Source: Gemmatimonadales bacterium
GTDB lineage: Bacteria; Gemmatimonadota; Gemmatimonadetes; Gemmatimonadales; GWC2-71-9
Direction of reading: 5' to 3'
NCBI GenBank assembly: GCA_044229245.1
Contig: JBGATI010000001.1
Coordinates: 130,346 to 194,345 of the forward strand
Length of the DNA: 64,000 bases
Shown: piece by piece, positions 8,563 to 20,068 of the stretch
Layout: every line of letters starts with the position of its first letter
Numbering within the stretch: position 1 is the stretch's first letter
The notes under the pieces: generated by a model
Databases searched by the model: none
What the model was told of the DNA's origin: nothing
Seen by the model: the letters and a program-made list of their open reading frames with translations, nothing else
Made by a program: the position numbers and the translations under genes

Positions 8563-10644
8563 CTACCGCTTCAGGCTGACCAGCTCCTGCAGCATCTCGT
8601 CCGAGGTCGTGATCACGCGCGCATTCGCCTGGAACCCGCGCTGGGCGATGATCATGTCCGTGAACTCCTGCGACAGGTCGACGTTCGAGCTCTCCAGCGC
8701 GCCCGGCGTGATCGTGGACTGATTACTGGTCCCTGAGAAGCCGATGATCGCTCCGCCCGAGTTGGCCGATTCCGCGTACATGTTGTTGCCGGCGCGGATG
8801 AGGCCGCTCGGGTTGTTGAACGAGGCCATGGAGATCTGGGCCAGCGTCTGGTTGATGCCGTTCGTGAAGTACCCGGTGATGACGCCGCGGGAATCCACGC
8901 TGATGTCCTGCAGGTTGCCCATCGTGTAGCCGTCCTGGCTGCTGGCCACCGCGTTGGACGGACTCGCGAACTGGGACAGGCCGTTGATGTCGCCCAGCAC
9001 GCCGCTGTCCAGCTGGAGGTCCACCGGCGCCGTCGCGCCGCTGCCCGGATCGAACTGCAGGCTGTTGGCTCCGCCATTGTAGGCGAAGGTCTCGAGCCGG
9101 CCGTCGGTATCGAAGGTGACGAACCCGGTGCCGCCGCCGGTGATCGCGGCCGGGGCAGGCACGTTCGCCGTCCACAGCCAGCGGTTGGGCGAGGTCGGAT
9201 CCTTGGTGAAGTCCATCGACAGGCTGATCGGCGTGCCGATCGAGTCGTACACCGTGATCGCGGCCTGGTGGGTCACGTCGGTCGCCGCCTGGCGCTCGAC
9301 GTAGTTGCCCGCACGGCTGTCGAACACCGCATTGAACGCGGCCACGCCGCTCTTGATGTTGAGCCCGGACAGCGCGTTCACCGTCCCGCCATCGCCCTCG
9401 ATGGTCAGATTGCCGGTGGTCGGATCGATCGTCGCGCCGGTGATGTTGGTGATGCCGAGCGTGGTGTCGATGTTGGTCAGCAGCTGGCCGTAGGTCGAGC
9501 CGGCGCCGACGGTGAGACCACCCGTCGTGACGGCCGTGCCGCCCTTGTTGCCGTCCACGGTGATCGCCGCGCCCGCCGTCAGGCCCAGATTGGTCCCGGT
9601 GCCGTCCCGCAGGTTGGTCAGCAGGTCGGTGCTGGTGGCGATGTGGCTGAACTGGTCCGACGAGGCCGTCGCGGCCGCCGCGAGCGCACCATCCGCCGCC
9701 CCGAGCGCCTTGAGCAGCGCCGGGTTGGAACTGGTGATGCCGAGCGTGATGGCCGAGGTCGCGGTGAAATCGATCGCGCCGGTGCCGTTGTTCTGCGCGG
9801 CCGTCAGCGTGTTGAAGCCCGCGGCACCGAAGGTGTTGTTGATCTCGGCGACCAGGTCCTTCAGACTGTGGAAGTCGAAGGTACCGACACCGGTGTCCGC
9901 GGTCACGTAGGTGTAGGTCTGGCTGTTGGTGCCATCCGTCACCGTGATGGTGGTGCTGTCGGGAACCATGCCGAAGACGGAGGCATTCGCCGCGCCCTTG
10001 GCGAAGAGCCCGCTCATGTCGGAGCCCAGACCGGAATTGCTGGTCGCCTGCTCGACGCCGTACACCCGTCCCTGGGTGGCGAGGATCGTGCCCTGCGGCA
10101 CGGCCCGCGCATCGAGGTTGCCGGTCAGGACCACCTTGGAGGTGGCGCGCGCCGGCGACTTCTTGCCGAACGGCAGCGCGATATCCGTGACCGCCGAGCC
10201 CGTGGAGAGCACGCCGCTCGAATCGGCGTTGATGCCCTGCACCTTGAAGCCGTTGGCCGGCGATACCAGCTTGCCGTTGGCATCGAGCTGGAAGTTGCCC
10301 GCGCGGGTGTAGTACGAGCGCGTGCCATCGCTGACCACGAAGAGGCCGTCGCCCTGGATGGCGAGGTCGGTGCTCTGGCCGGTCGACTCCAGGTTGCCCT
10401 GGGCGAAGTTCTGGTCGATGGACCCGATCTTGGATCCCAGGCCGATCTGGATCGGGTTGATGCCACCGAGGTCACCCGGCGGACGGGAGGCGCCCTGCAG
10501 CAGCTGGGCGAAGGCCTCCGCGAAGGTCACACGGGACGACTTGTACGCCACCGTGTTGACGTTTGCGATGTTGTTGCCGATCACGTCCATCTTGGTCTGG
10601 TGATTCCGCAGACCAGAGACGCCGGCAAAGAGCGACCGCATCAT
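8563..10644 (-). CDS. flgE: Flagellar hook protein FlgE (long form)
   Basis: 693 aa. N-terminus [36 protein letters not shown]-terminus [42 protein letters not shown] large Ser/Thr/Gly-rich insert lies between them. Confidence 0.93.
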   Translation of the reverse strand: MMRSLFAGVSGLRNHQTKMDVIGNNIANVNTVAYKSSRVTFAEAFAQLLQGASRPPGDLGGINPIQIGLGSKIGSIDQNFAQGNLESTGQSTDLAIQGDGLFVVSDGTRSYYTRAGNFQLDANGKLVSPANGFKVQGINADSSGVLSTGSAVTDIALPFGKKSPARATSKVVLTGNLDARAVPQGTILATQGRVYGVEQATSNSGLGSDMSGLFAKGAANASVFGMVPDSTTITVTDGTNSQTYTYVTADTGVGTFDFHSLKDLVAEINNTFGAAGFNTLTAAQNNGTGAIDFTATSAITLGITSSNPALLKALGAADGALAAAATASSDQFSHIATSTDLLTNLRDGTGTNLGLTAGAAITVDGNKGGTAVTTGGLTVGAGSTYGQLLTNIDTTLGITNITGATIDPTTGNLTIEGDGGTVNALSGLNIKSGVAAFNAVFDSRAGNYVERQAATDVTHQAAITVYDSIGTPISLSMDFTKDPTSPNRWLWTANVPAPAAITGGGTGFVTFDTDGRLETFAYNGGANSLQFDPGSGATAPVDLQLDSGVLGDINGLSQFASPSNAVASSQDGYTMGNLQDISVDSRGVITGYFTNGINQTLAQISMASFNNPSGLIRAGNNMYAESANSGGAIIGFSGTSNQSTITPGALESSNVDLSQEFTDMIIAQRGFQANARVITTSDEMLQELVSLKR

Positions 10645-11387
10645 GGCTTTACAGACTCCACGGGTGAGGGAAGAATACGGGCCGCGCTGAGGGCGGCGAT
10701 GGCCGCCGCACCCGCGGACTGCTGATCGACTTCGACTACGTTGTCGAGCGGGATCGTGAGCTTGCCGGACTTGAGCACGACCGTGCCGCTCTGGAAGGCG
10801 ACACCGTCCACCGCCCCCCGGGTGTACGTCTGGACCGGGACGTCGGCACCGCTGGTCGACGTCACCGTGAGCTTGTAGGTGTAGCTGCCCGCCGGAAGCT
10901 TGCCGACGTTGATGTCCTGGCGCCCGCCGCTGCGGAAGCCGATATCGCTCTTGTAGACCTCGTTGCCGCTGCTGTCGAGCACGCTGAGCTCGGCCGTCCC
11001 GCCACCGGCGCCGATGTCCACCGTGACCCGGGACCCGGACGAGCCGTCCATCTCCAGCTGATTCCCCGCCGCGAGCACCGACCTGCCGATCATCGAGGTG
11101 CCGAGATTGCCCTTCGCCGCAAGCGTGTTGAGCTGGCCGGCCTGGGACTGGGAGGTCAGGATGGTCTGGATGTTCTGCATTCCCTCGAGACTGGAGAACT
11201 GGGCCAGCTGCGAGGCAAAGGCCGAGGCGTCCTGGGGCGAGGTCGGGTCCTGATAGCGGAGCTGCGTCACGAGCAGCTTCAGGAAGTCATCCTTCCCGAG
11301 CGTGCTCTTGCCCGTCCCCGTCGTGGTTGGGGGCGGGACCGTGGGAACCGCGGCGCCGATCGGGCCCTGCGTGATCGTAGTCATCAT
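10641..11387 (-). CDS. flgD: Flagellar hook capping/assembly protein FlgD
   Basis: 248 aa. FlgD signature [22 protein letters not shown] and a FLgD_ig-like C-terminus. 4-nt overlaps with both fliK and flgE. Confidence 0.92.
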   Translation of the reverse strand: MMTTITQGPIGAAVPTVPPPTTTGTGKSTLGKDDFLKLLVTQLRYQDPTSPQDASAFASQLAQFSSLEGMQNIQTILTSQSQAGQLNTLAAKGNLGTSMIGRSVLAAGNQLEMDGSSGSRVTVDIGAGGGTAELSVLDSSGNEVYKSDIGFRSGGRQDINVGKLPAGSYTYKLTVTSTSGADVPVQTYTRGAVDGVAFQSGTVVLKSGKLTIPLDNVVEVDQQSAGAAAIAALSAARILPSPVESVKP

Positions 11388-14191
11388 GCGTCCTGGTTCT
11401 GGCGATCATCCCGATCGCGCTCGCGGAATCGCTGTTGAGGGTGGCGTTGTCCATCCCCACCGCGCTCCTGCTGCTGCCGGCCCGATCCCTGGCCCCGATC
11501 CTCCGCCGGCTGATCCGTGCCGCGGCCTGACGCGTTCTCGCCCTGCGCTCCCCCTGCACCGGCACCCCAGGCGACCTGGCTCCCGGCCGTGGAGGGAGAC
11601 TGCACACTCACCTTCGGATCCGCGAAGCCCTGCCTGACGAGTGCCGCCTGCAGGTCATCCATCCTGCGCTCGAGGTGCCGGGCCGATTCCTGGTCACTCG
11701 GCAGAATCACGGCGCGCACCTGATCGCCCTGCACCGTCACCCGGATCCGCGTCTCTCGTCCTTCGGCGTCCGCCACCTGCAGCGTGACGCGATCGGCAAG
11801 GCCTGCCGGACGTTCCTTCGTCTCAGCCCTATCGGGCATGTTGCGTGCCTCGCCGCCCGCGACCGCTTTCGCGCGCGCCTCGCCACGACCCGGCGACTCG
11901 GTCGGTGTCGGCATCGTCGCGGAAGCCCTGTTCTCCGAGTCACTTGGCTCAGTCCGCTCACGAGCCTCGGTCTTGCCCGCCTGCGGGGTCGCTCCGTCCT
12001 CACGATTCATCGAGGGAGGAAGCTCCTGCCGGGACGCCGGAAGAATCGGCGCCCGGGACGGCGCCGACGTGCGCGCAGCCGCCGGTTCATCGAGCGGCAT
12101 CGCCAGCGGCGCCGCGCGCTGAGGCGCCGGTTCCGCGACACGCACCCGCACCGACTCGCTTCGCGTCGTTCCACTGGACCGTGCCGGAGCGCCGTCGGCG
12201 GGATCATCGCCCGATACCGCTCGGCGCTGGTACGCCTCGGCGCGTGCGGCAATCGCGGGCTCCCGCGGTCCGGCGACGGCGCCACTCGGAACGGGCGACG
12301 CTCCACTGCGCAATGCCACCCGGTCGTCATCCATCACTGGAGTCGCTGCCGCACTGGGGACGGCGCGGGGCATTGTCGCCCTGGCTCCATCGGGACGCAC
12401 GCGGAGCGGGGCTCCACGTCCGGGAGCCGCAGGCGCCGGGTCCGGCAACGACATCGCGTCTGCATCCGGTCTCGCAGGCTCAGCGGCCCCTTCAGCCACC
12501 TGGCTGGCATCCTTCACCTGTGGTCCAATACGCTCGCGTGCCCCGACGCTCACCCGGAGACTGGTGATGTCGGCATCACCGAGCAGCGCGGCGAGTTCCT
12601 GGGCGAACGCCAGACCGCGACCGCTGCCAGCCGACATCGGTTCGGTCGGTACCTCGGAGGCCGCAGCCTCCGTCGTCGGCACTTCAGCCGTCGGCCCCTG
12701 GGCCGCCTCGGCCTCTCCGCGCGGCTCTTCGGCTTCGACCGCGTTTGGACTGTTCCCTGGTACGATCATCTGTGGCGGCACGGCCATGACGGGAACCGGC
12801 GGCGTCGGAGTCACCGTCGACGGCATCGCCGGAGTGCGACTCGTGTCCTTCTGCTCGTCCGCGGCATCCGACTTCCGCCGCGTGCCGCGACTCTCGCCAC
12901 TGGCTGTGCGCGTCGTGGATGCCGGCACGGCGACCGAGACCATCTTGATAGGCGCCGCGGTCACTCCACGAGGCTTCGGGACCTGGTCCGACGACGCGCG
13001 CACGATCTTCGGTGCCGCATCCGCGTCAGCCGTGCTCGCTGGCTTCCGGCTGGCATCATCAGAAGCCAGGGATGCATCCGCGGGAGCCATTGGTGCCGCC
13101 GGAGTCGGACTCGTCAGCGGCAGGGTGGGCGCAGCCGATCGAACGGAGCCCGCCGTCACGGGAGCGCCGGGCGCTGCAGCCCCCACGGGTTCACCGGCGG
13201 GCACGGTCGCCACCGCGTACTCCGAGTTCCCGGACGTCGGCGCTGACGAACTCTCGGCGCCGACACCCACGACCTCGGGGTCCGCAGGGGCTGTGACCGG
13301 AGCCTCCGCCCGCACGGCCGTGGTCGTCATCGGGATCGGGGCAGCGACGGTGCTCGACGGATTCGGCGCCGGTGCAAGGGAAACCGGCGCGGCGTCGCGA
13401 CGTGCGTCGGACAACGCCTTTGCCGTCCGCTGATTGGCGGACGCCTTGGCAACGGGACTCTCTTTCGGCGGCAACGGAGCGGGCTTCGCATCCGAGAGCG
13501 TACCCGACGGCTCGCTGGCCACCACGCGGCCCTGAAGCGGAGTCCGACCACCGGCCTGCGGCGGTCCATCGACAGGCGTCTCTCGGGATGCGGCGTCGCT
13601 GCCCGCTCCGGCGAGCCCGGGCGTCTCCGCCTCAGTCGCCATTCCATTCCGGTTGGGCACCGTCGTCGGGTCGGCCGCGCCGCCCTGGTTAGTGCCCACA
13701 CCCTCCGTGAGCACCCGTGTCTCGATGGCCGTCACGGCCATGACCGGTCTGACGGCCGGAACACGACCGGCATCCGCCGCCTTGGCAAGCCGGACGGCGT
13801 TGTTCACCGAGATCTTCGGCCCCGCGGTGACCACTGGCGTGGAAGCACGCCTGACGGCGGCCGCGGCGGTGAGCCGCTGCCCACGCTCGCGCGGGCCACG
13901 TGCCGCAGGGGCACTGGCCGTAGACGTGCTCTTGGCTTCCGAAGGCGTCGTCCCAGCCTCCGCGTCTCCCGCCGGTACCTCGGCCTGGCCCTCAGCCTGT
14001 GGTGTCGACGGCTGCTCGGCAGGCGTGGGCGCTGAGGTCGGCACCGGCGCCGGAGTCGGCACCGGAATCATGGCGGACTGAAGCGCGGCAACGAGCGCAG
14101 CACTGAAGAGCGCCGGGTCCTCGACCGTCGGCTGCGGTGCGGCCGGCTCGGCGCCACTGATCGGGAGAAGCAACGCGATCGGACTGGTCAC
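11384..14191 (-). CDS. fliK: Flagellar hook-length control protein FliK (very long, Ala/Pro-rich)
   Basis: 935 aa. Low-complexity A/P/T/S-rich body. C-terminal Flg_hook-like domain ([55 protein letters not shown]). Sits between the fliJ-side genes and flgD. Confidence 0.8.
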   Translation of the reverse strand: MTSPIALLLPISGAEPAAPQPTVEDPALFSAALVAALQSAMIPVPTPAPVPTSAPTPAEQPSTPQAEGQAEVPAGDAEAGTTPSEAKSTSTASAPAARGPRERGQRLTAAAAVRRASTPVVTAGPKISVNNAVRLAKAADAGRVPAVRPVMAVTAIETRVLTEGVGTNQGGAADPTTVPNRNGMATEAETPGLAGAGSDAASRETPVDGPPQAGGRTPLQGRVVASEPSGTLSDAKPAPLPPKESPVAKASANQRTAKALSDARRDAAPVSLAPAPNPSSTVAAPIPMTTTAVRAEAPVTAPADPEVVGVGAESSSAPTSGNSEYAVATVPAGEPVGAAAPGAPVTAGSVRSAAPTLPLTSPTPAAPMAPADASLASDDASRKPASTADADAAPKIVRASSDQVPKPRGVTAAPIKMVSVAVPASTTRTASGESRGTRRKSDAADEQKDTSRTPAMPSTVTPTPPVPVMAVPPQMIVPGNSPNAVEAEEPRGEAEAAQGPTAEVPTTEAAASEVPTEPMSAGSGRGLAFAQELAALLGDADITSLRVSVGARERIGPQVKDASQVAEGAAEPARPDADAMSLPDPAPAAPGRGAPLRVRPDGARATMPRAVPSAAATPVMDDDRVALRSGASPVPSGAVAGPREPAIAARAEAYQRRAVSGDDPADGAPARSSGTTRSESVRVRVAEPAPQRAAPLAMPLDEPAAARTSAPSRAPILPASRQELPPSMNREDGATPQAGKTEARERTEPSDSENRASATMPTPTESPGRGEARAKAVAGGEARNMPDRAETKERPAGLADRVTLQVADAEGRETRIRVTVQGDQVRAVILPSDQESARHLERRMDDLQAALVRQGFADPKVSVQSPSTAGSQVAWGAGAGGAQGENASGRGTDQPAEDRGQGSGRQQQERGGDGQRHPQQRFRERDRDDRQNQDA

Positions 14192-14745
14192 CGGCTCTGC
14201 CCCTTCGGAACGAGGAGCCGACGGCTGAGGCCGGCGGCGCGTTCCTTTGGAATGTTGGTGAGGAAGTCAGCCGCCTGACGAGGGCCCACGGCACGCAGCA
14301 GGCCCTCAACCTCTTCGTCCGACAGAAACGCCAGGACCTTCGCCGCTTCCACCGGCTTCATGGCGGAGAGGACGCGCGCGACCTGCTTGTACGCCGCGGC
14401 CTTCGCCGCCGGATCAACGGGCAGTGCCACGGGCCGTACCGGCGCCTGAGGCCCCGGCGTGGCCGACGCCTGCGCGGGGGCGACCCGCGCTGCTCCGGTA
14501 TCCGGCTTTGCAGCCACATGCGAGGAGTCGGTGCGGGTGGAGTCCTTCTTCGCGGTGGAGTCCTTCGACGCCAGGGCGTGCTTGAGCGTATCCACGGCGG
14601 CGGAATCCTTCGACGTGGAATCCTTGCCGGCATGCAGCGAGTCGGCGACGACCGGCTCCGGCTTGTGGGTCTTCACCAGATAGGCGGTCGTTGCCCCGAG
14701 CGAGATGAGGCAGGCCAGCACCGCGAAGATGATTGCCTTCTTCAT
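14188..14745 (-). CDS. Membrane-anchored MgtE_N-like flagellar operon protein (YlxF/MotE-like position)
   Basis: 185 aa. N-terminal TM segment (MKKAIIFAVLACLISLGATTAYLV), KDS(T/A) repeats, and C-terminal KPVEAAKVLAFLSDEEVEGLLRAV, which resembles an MgtE N-terminal domain. It occupies the ylxF slot between fliJ and fliK. Confidence 0.6.
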   Translation of the reverse strand: MKKAIIFAVLACLISLGATTAYLVKTHKPEPVVADSLHAGKDSTSKDSAAVDTLKHALASKDSTAKKDSTRTDSSHVAAKPDTGAARVAPAQASATPGPQAPVRPVALPVDPAAKAAAYKQVARVLSAMKPVEAAKVLAFLSDEEVEGLLRAVGPRQAADFLTNIPKERAAGLSRRLLVPKGQSR

Positions 14746-15197
14746 GACTCCCCTCCTTCGCGCGGCTGGGAGCGCTGCAGCGCAGTCTCGTCGCTGACAC
14801 CCTGCTCGTAGCGCGAAAGCTCCTCACCCCAGGCCAGCCGGCGGTGCTCGCGCAGCCGCTCGATCACCCGGCGCGCCATGCGCGCCTGCTCGAACTGCTG
14901 CCGCTCCGCCTCCAGCCGCTCCAGGCTCTGCTCGTGCGTCTCGCTCAGACGCCGGACGTTCTCCGAGAGCGACTCCATCGCCAGCTCGAGGTTCTGGAGT
15001 GTCCCCGCCTGCGAGAGCTCGCGGGGCGTGGTCTGGAACTGCTCTCGCGCCTCGATCAGCCGGGCTTCGCTCTCGAGCACGGCGGCCCGCCGCTGCTCCT
15101 CCTCCCGGCGCGCCTGACCCAGTTCGCGTGCCCGCTCCTTCTCCGAAGCCTCACGGAGCTGCAGCAGCCGCTCGAGGCGGAACGCGAAGCGCTTCAT
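14742..15197 (-). CDS. fliJ: Flagellar export chaperone/stalk protein FliJ
   Basis: 151 aa, coiled coil. Begins MKRFAFRLERLLQLRE... Lies directly after fliI with a 4-nt overlap. Confidence 0.8.
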   Translation of the reverse strand: MKRFAFRLERLLQLREASEKERARELGQARREEEQRRAAVLESEARLIEAREQFQTTPRELSQAGTLQNLELAMESLSENVRRLSETHEQSLERLEAERQQFEQARMARRVIERLREHRRLAWGEELSRYEQGVSDETALQRSQPREGGES

Positions 15198-16573
15198 GCG
15201 GACCTGGCCCCCTGGAGCGCGAGCGCCCGCTGACTGAGCGCGGACAGCCTGAGACGCGTCTCATCGAAGGTGGAACCCTCCTCAGCCCGCTGGCGGAGGA
15301 ACTGCAGGATGTCCTCACGCAGCGTGATGGCGGCGTCGACCAGGCGGTCGGCTCCGGCCTTGTAGGCCCCGACCGCGATCAGATCCTCGTTGGACCGGTA
15401 GGCCGCCTCGAGGCGGAGGAAGTTGTTCGCGGCGTTGAGGTGGTCCGCCGAAATCACGGCGTCGCGCACGCGGCTCACGCTGTCCAGCACGTCGATTGAC
15501 GGGAAGTGCTTCTGCGCCGCCAGCTTCCGGGTGAGCACGATGTGACCGTCGAGGATCGACCGCGCCGCGTCGGCGACCGGCTCATTGAAGTCGTCGCCCT
15601 CGACGAGGACGGTATACAGCCCGGTGATGCTGCCCCGGCGCCCGGTGCCGGCCCGCTCCAGCAGCCGCGGCAGATGCGCGAAGACCGAGGGCGGGTAGCC
15701 CTTCGTGGTCGGCGGCTCACCGACCGAGAGCCCCATTTCGCGCCACGCCATGCACACGCGCGTGACGGAATCCATCATCAGCAGCACATCCTTCCCCGCG
15801 TCGCGGAAGTACTCCGCCACCGCCGTGGCCACGTGGGCGCCGGTCGCGCGGATGACGGCGGGCTGGTCGCTGGTCGCCACAATGACCACCGAGCGCCGAA
15901 GCCCCTCCGGGCCCAGGTCCCGCTCGATGAATTCGCGCACTTCACGGCCACGTTCGCCCAGCAGGGCGATGACGTTGATGTCGGCGGTGGTGCGTCGCGC
16001 GATCATGCCGAGCAGCACGCTCTTGCCGACACCGGACCCGGCCATGATGCCGATACGCTGCCCGCGCCCCAGGGTGATGAGCCCGTCGATCGCGCGGACG
16101 CCGGTGCCGAGCGGCCGCTCGATGCGGCTGCGCTCCAGCGGATGCGGCGGCTCGGCGGACAGCGGATACCGGGTGGTCTGCCCGACCGGTCCGAGCCCGT
16201 CGATCGGCCGCCCGAGCCCGTCGACGACACGGCCAATGAGCCCGTCGCCGACGCGGACATCGAGTGCCCGGCGCAGCGGACGGACCGTTGCGCCCGGATG
16301 AATCCCCTCGAGATCGCCGAGCGGCATCAGCAGGACGCCACGCTCGTGGAAGCCGACGACCTGGGTCGTGACCCGGGGACGTCCGTGACTCTCGATCCGG
16401 CAGAGCTCACCGAGCGCAACGTCGAGCGACGAGGCCTCGACGACCTGCCCGATGACCCGAGTGACCCGGCCGTGCACGGCGAAGCGGGGCGACTCCTCGA
16501 CCCGGAGTACCGCAGCGGCGGCCCGTTCGCTGAGACTCGAGCCGGAACCCGGACTCTGGAGGAAGTCAGTCAT
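15194..16573 (-). CDS. fliI: Flagellum-specific ATPase FliI
   Basis: Walker A GSGVGKSVLLGMI and an F1-beta-like core. The start is placed at the ATG at 16573 (MTDFLQ...), which overlaps the fliH stop by 8 nt. The ORF-track start at 16660 adds an Arg/Ser-rich extension that lies inside fliH. Confidence 0.95.
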   Translation of the reverse strand: MTDFLQSPGSGSSLSERAAAAVLRVEESPRFAVHGRVTRVIGQVVEASSLDVALGELCRIESHGRPRVTTQVVGFHERGVLLMPLGDLEGIHPGATVRPLRRALDVRVGDGLIGRVVDGLGRPIDGLGPVGQTTRYPLSAEPPHPLERSRIERPLGTGVRAIDGLITLGRGQRIGIMAGSGVGKSVLLGMIARRTTADINVIALLGERGREVREFIERDLGPEGLRRSVVIVATSDQPAVIRATGAHVATAVAEYFRDAGKDVLLMMDSVTRVCMAWREMGLSVGEPPTTKGYPPSVFAHLPRLLERAGTGRRGSITGLYTVLVEGDDFNEPVADAARSILDGHIVLTRKLAAQKHFPSIDVLDSVSRVRDAVISADHLNAANNFLRLEAAYRSNEDLIAVGAYKAGADRLVDAAITLREDILQFLRQRAEEGSTFDETRLRLSALSQRALALQGARSA

Positions 16574-17198
16574 CGCGCAGCCGCTGGTAGAGGTCGCCGA
16601 GCGCGAGATCGACCCGTCCGTCGACGACCCGGTGCGGCGTCTCGAGGGTGCAGCCGCCACGTTCGATCGCCCCGTCGGCGACCCACTGCAGATCCGCAGC
16701 GCGACCGGCGGTGCCCGGCAGTCCGAACTGACTGCGGAGCGCGTTGAGGTCTTCAGGATTCAGATGGATTTCCACGCTCGAGCCGACGGGGAATGCCTCG
16801 AGACCGCGATTCACGAGGTCGCGGACGATCGTGGGATCCGCGGTGACCTCGCGCTGGATCAGATGCCGCGCGACGGCGAGCGCCAGCAGGTAGACACTGT
16901 CCTCGAGCTCGCGCACCACCCCGAGCCGGGCCGCGTCGAGCGCCTCTGCGGTGGAAACCAGCAGCCCCGCGGCGCGCTTGAGCGTCCGGTTGGCTTCGGC
17001 CGTCGCGTCCGCCTGACCCGCCGAGTAGCCGCGGGCGTAGGCCTCCTGTTCGCGGCTCGCCCCTTCCTCTTCCGGGGTCCGGGGCGCCGCCTCGGCCTGC
17101 ACGGCACGGCTCAGATCCGGCAGCGGCCAGAGCGAGAATTTCGCGACGGCCGCGGCGGCCCCTGGCCCGCGGACCGCCGGCTCAGGCGATGACTTCAT
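16566..17198 (-). CDS. fliH: Flagellar assembly protein FliH
   Basis: FliH-like C-terminus (LALAVARHLIQREVTADPTIVRDLV..., GGCTLETPHRVVDGRVDLAL). The start is taken at MKSSPEP (17198), which overlaps the fliG end. The exact start is uncertain. Confidence 0.8.
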   Translation of the reverse strand: MKSSPEPAVRGPGAAAAVAKFSLWPLPDLSRAVQAEAAPRTPEEEGASREQEAYARGYSAGQADATAEANRTLKRAAGLLVSTAEALDAARLGVVRELEDSVYLLALAVARHLIQREVTADPTIVRDLVNRGLEAFPVGSSVEIHLNPEDLNALRSQFGLPGTAGRAADLQWVADGAIERGGCTLETPHRVVDGRVDLALGDLYQRLRDD

Positions 17199-18204
17199 CG
17201 TCGCCGCCCCGGCCGCCCAGCACGATCTCGCCGGCCTCTTCGAGGGTGCGCACCGCGGAGATGATGCGGGTCTGGGCCGCCTCGACATCCTTCACCCGCA
17301 CGGGGCCGAGGTATTCCATCTCTTCCTGGAGCGCCGACGCCGCACGCTCCGACATGTTCTTCATGATGTGCTGCTTGAGTCCGTCGCTCGCGGCCTTGAG
17401 CGCCAGCGCCAGTTCCTTGCTGTCGACATCCCGCAGGATGCGCTGCATCGACTTGCCGTCGAGTGTGGTGAGATCCTCGAAGGCGAACATCAGGTTGGTG
17501 ATCTGCTGCGCGAGCTCGTGGCTCCGCTGCGTGATCGATTCGATGACCGCCTTCTCGACCGAGCCGCTGGCGAGGGTGAGCACCTTCGCGACGGCGGCGG
17601 GGCCGCCAGAGGCGGTCATCTCGGAGGACAGCGTCAGGTCGGTCTTGCTGGCGAGCCCCTGCTCCACCACCGCCAGCATCTCCGGCGAGACCTTCTCCAT
17701 CCGCGCCACACGATAGAGGACGTCACTCGCCAGCTCGTTGTCCATGACCTCGATGACCGTCGCCGCCTGCTTGCTGTCCAGGTGCGCGAGAATCAGCGCG
17801 AGCGTCTGGGGATGCTCACCACGGAGCACGGAGAGCAGCACCTCGGGCGCGGCCTTCTTGAGCTTCTTGAGTCCCGAATCGGTGAGCTGTTCCTTGATCT
17901 TCTCGAGGATCTGCTTGGCCTTCACCGGGCCGAACGACTGCTCCAGGATCTCGCTCGCGCGGAGCAGACCGCCCTCGGACAGCGACTGCACCGCGCGGGC
18001 GACCTGCCGGTACTCGAGCAGCACCCCTTCGACCGTGCGGGTGTCCGCCATCGGCATCGCGGCGATCTCGCGCGAGACGATCTCGACCTGTTCCGGCTGG
18101 AGCAGCTGCATGACCTTGGACGCCACGTCGGTGCCCAGCGACATGCAGAGCACCGCGGCCTTCTGCGCCCCCGTCAGCGTCTCCTTCTCCGTCGCGGTGG
18201 CCAT
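17182..18204 (-). CDS. fliG: Flagellar motor switch protein FliG
   Basis: 340 aa. LTGAQKAAVLCMSLG... near the N-terminus. C-terminal torque-helix region LKQHIMKNMSERAASALQEEME. Confidence 0.95.
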   Translation of the reverse strand: MATATEKETLTGAQKAAVLCMSLGTDVASKVMQLLQPEQVEIVSREIAAMPMADTRTVEGVLLEYRQVARAVQSLSEGGLLRASEILEQSFGPVKAKQILEKIKEQLTDSGLKKLKKAAPEVLLSVLRGEHPQTLALILAHLDSKQAATVIEVMDNELASDVLYRVARMEKVSPEMLAVVEQGLASKTDLTLSSEMTASGGPAAVAKVLTLASGSVEKAVIESITQRSHELAQQITNLMFAFEDLTTLDGKSMQRILRDVDSKELALALKAASDGLKQHIMKNMSERAASALQEEMEYLGPVRVKDVEAAQTRIISAVRTLEEAGEIVLGGRGGDDEVIA

Positions 18205-19733
18205 CAGGATCCCTCAGCCAGCCAGGCCTTCACCACCGACGCCGCCATCTCGGGCTTCTGCCCCGACTCCGCCTGGACCTCGTTCTTGAGCCGCGTCGCC
18301 GCGGCGTTGAGGGCGGGGACCTTCACCGCCGGGAGTTCCGGCTCGGCCGATTCGGACCCGATCGCCCCGTAGCTCGCCGACTCCGGCGTGCCGGGAAGGG
18401 TCCCGCCACCACCCCGCGGTGCCGGCGACTGCTTGAGCACCCGGAGCGCCAGAATGAGCGCCGCGAGGATGCCGACGATGCCGATCAGCGGCCGGCTGAA
18501 GCGCTCCACGACGACCAGGACCCGCTCGGTGCCGCCGCCGGTCTCGGGCGCCGAGTCAGGCACCGCGAGGGCACTGTCGAACTTCACCGCGCTCACCGTG
18601 ATCCGGTCCCCGCGGGTCGAGTCCATGCCGATCGCATCCCGCACCACCTGTTCGTAGCGCGCAATCTCCGACTGCACGCTGGCTCCGGCCCCTGCGGCCT
18701 TGCCGATCGCCGCCTCGTTGACCAGGACGGCGACGGTCAGCCGCTGAATCCCGCCGACCGAACCCGCGACCTTCTCCACCACGCGGGAGTTGAGATAGGT
18801 GTTGTTGACCACGGTCGAATTGCCGCCGGAGAGGCTGTCCGCGCCGGTCGTCTCGCTCCGCTGCTCGTTCTGCAGGACCGCACCGTCGGGATTGTAGGTC
18901 TCGACGGTCTTGTCGACCTGCTCGAAGTTGAGCCGGGCGTTGACCTGCACCTGCGCCTCACCGGCGCCCAGGGCGGTGGCCAGCATCCGCTCAGCGTTCT
19001 TGGCGAGATAGTCCTCGACCTTGTGCTGCATCTCGAGCTGCCGCGACGAGAGCCCGCCCACCGAGCCGTCGTTGGGCGCCGAGAGGAGCCGGCCATCGCT
19101 GTCGAGCAGCGCCACCTGGTCCGGCGAGAGCGCCGGCACCGCGTTGGCCACGAGATAGGTGATGCTGGCGACCTGTTCCGCGCTGAGCATGCCGGCACCG
19201 CGCACCGTCAGCACCACGGAGGCCTTTGCCGGCCGCTCCAGCTTGCGGAGCGGGCTCGATTCGGGAAGGCCGAGGTGCACCGAGGCCCGCTCGATCCCGT
19301 GGAGCTGCTCCAGGGTGCGGGCGAGTTCACCTTCGAGCGCGCGGCGCTCCAGCACCGCCATCTCGCGATCGGTCTTCCCCCAGGTCGGCGCATCGTACAG
19401 CTCGTTGCCCGGCTTCTCGCCGTCCGCCCGGATCCCTTCCTTGGCGATCGCGACCCGCGCGCGAGCCATGTCGCCGACCGGCACCATGATCTCGCTGCCG
19501 CCGGAGGTCAGTTCGTAGCGGATGCCCCCCTTCTGCAGCGCGTCGGCCATGCTGGCCGCCTCGCGCAGCTCGAGGCCGCGGTAGAGCGTGACCAGGTCGG
19601 GCGTCTGGGCGAAACGGGTGATCGCCCAGATGATCCCGAGCGCGATCACCAGGCCACCAATCGTGAGGAAACGGCGGGTGCCGTTCATGCGGCGCACGCC
19701 GTCGAGCATGGCCGGAGGAATCGCGCTGGTCAT
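18204..19733 (-). CDS. fliF: Flagellar MS-ring protein FliF
   Basis: 509 aa. YscJ/FliF family N-terminal region (LYRGLELREAASMADALQKGGIRYEL), a second TM segment near the C-terminus, and a FliG-binding tail. Confidence 0.93.
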   Translation of the reverse strand: MTSAIPPAMLDGVRRMNGTRRFLTIGGLVIALGIIWAITRFAQTPDLVTLYRGLELREAASMADALQKGGIRYELTSGGSEIMVPVGDMARARVAIAKEGIRADGEKPGNELYDAPTWGKTDREMAVLERRALEGELARTLEQLHGIERASVHLGLPESSPLRKLERPAKASVVLTVRGAGMLSAEQVASITYLVANAVPALSPDQVALLDSDGRLLSAPNDGSVGGLSSRQLEMQHKVEDYLAKNAERMLATALGAGEAQVQVNARLNFEQVDKTVETYNPDGAVLQNEQRSETTGADSLSGGNSTVVNNTYLNSRVVEKVAGSVGGIQRLTVAVLVNEAAIGKAAGAGASVQSEIARYEQVVRDAIGMDSTRGDRITVSAVKFDSALAVPDSAPETGGGTERVLVVVERFSRPLIGIVGILAALILALRVLKQSPAPRGGGGTLPGTPESASYGAIGSESAEPELPAVKVPALNAAATRLKNEVQAESGQKPEMAASVVKAWLAEGS

Positions 19734-19756
19734 GCGGAGAGGGGCTCAGGCACGGG

Positions 19757-20065
19757 TCAGACCTGCACGTTCATCACCGTGCGATACGCATCGGTGAGCT
19801 TGTTGCGCATTTCGACGAGGAATTCGAGCGCGATGCCCGCTTCCTCACTGGCCGCCATGACCTGATGGAGTTCCACGGGCTCACCCCGCACGAAGCGCCC
19901 GATGAGCGCGGTCGCATCCTCCTGCATCTGGCTCGTGTCGCCAACCACGCGCGCCAGGGTGTCGGCAAAGGACGGTCCGTCCTCCTGGCCCCTCGGCGCG
20001 AACTGATCCAGCGCGCGGTCGAGCGGCGTGAAGCGGGGGCCGTCGGGACGAATGGGGGCGGTCAT
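19757..20065 (-). CDS. fliE: Flagellar hook-basal body complex protein FliE
   Basis: 102 aa. C-terminal FliE signature HQVMAASEEAGIALEFLVEMRNKLTDAYRTVMNVQV. Confidence 0.88.
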   Translation of the reverse strand: MTAPIRPDGPRFTPLDRALDQFAPRGQEDGPSFADTLARVVGDTSQMQEDATALIGRFVRGEPVELHQVMAASEEAGIALEFLVEMRNKLTDAYRTVMNVQV

Positions 20066-20068
20066 GGC

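Noticed and set aside
11675-13701. Multiple 100-520-aa ORFs on both strands inside fliK
   Set aside because: The low-complexity GC-rich fliK sequence keeps several frames open. Only the 935-aa minus frame has FliK-like termini and operon-consistent overlaps.
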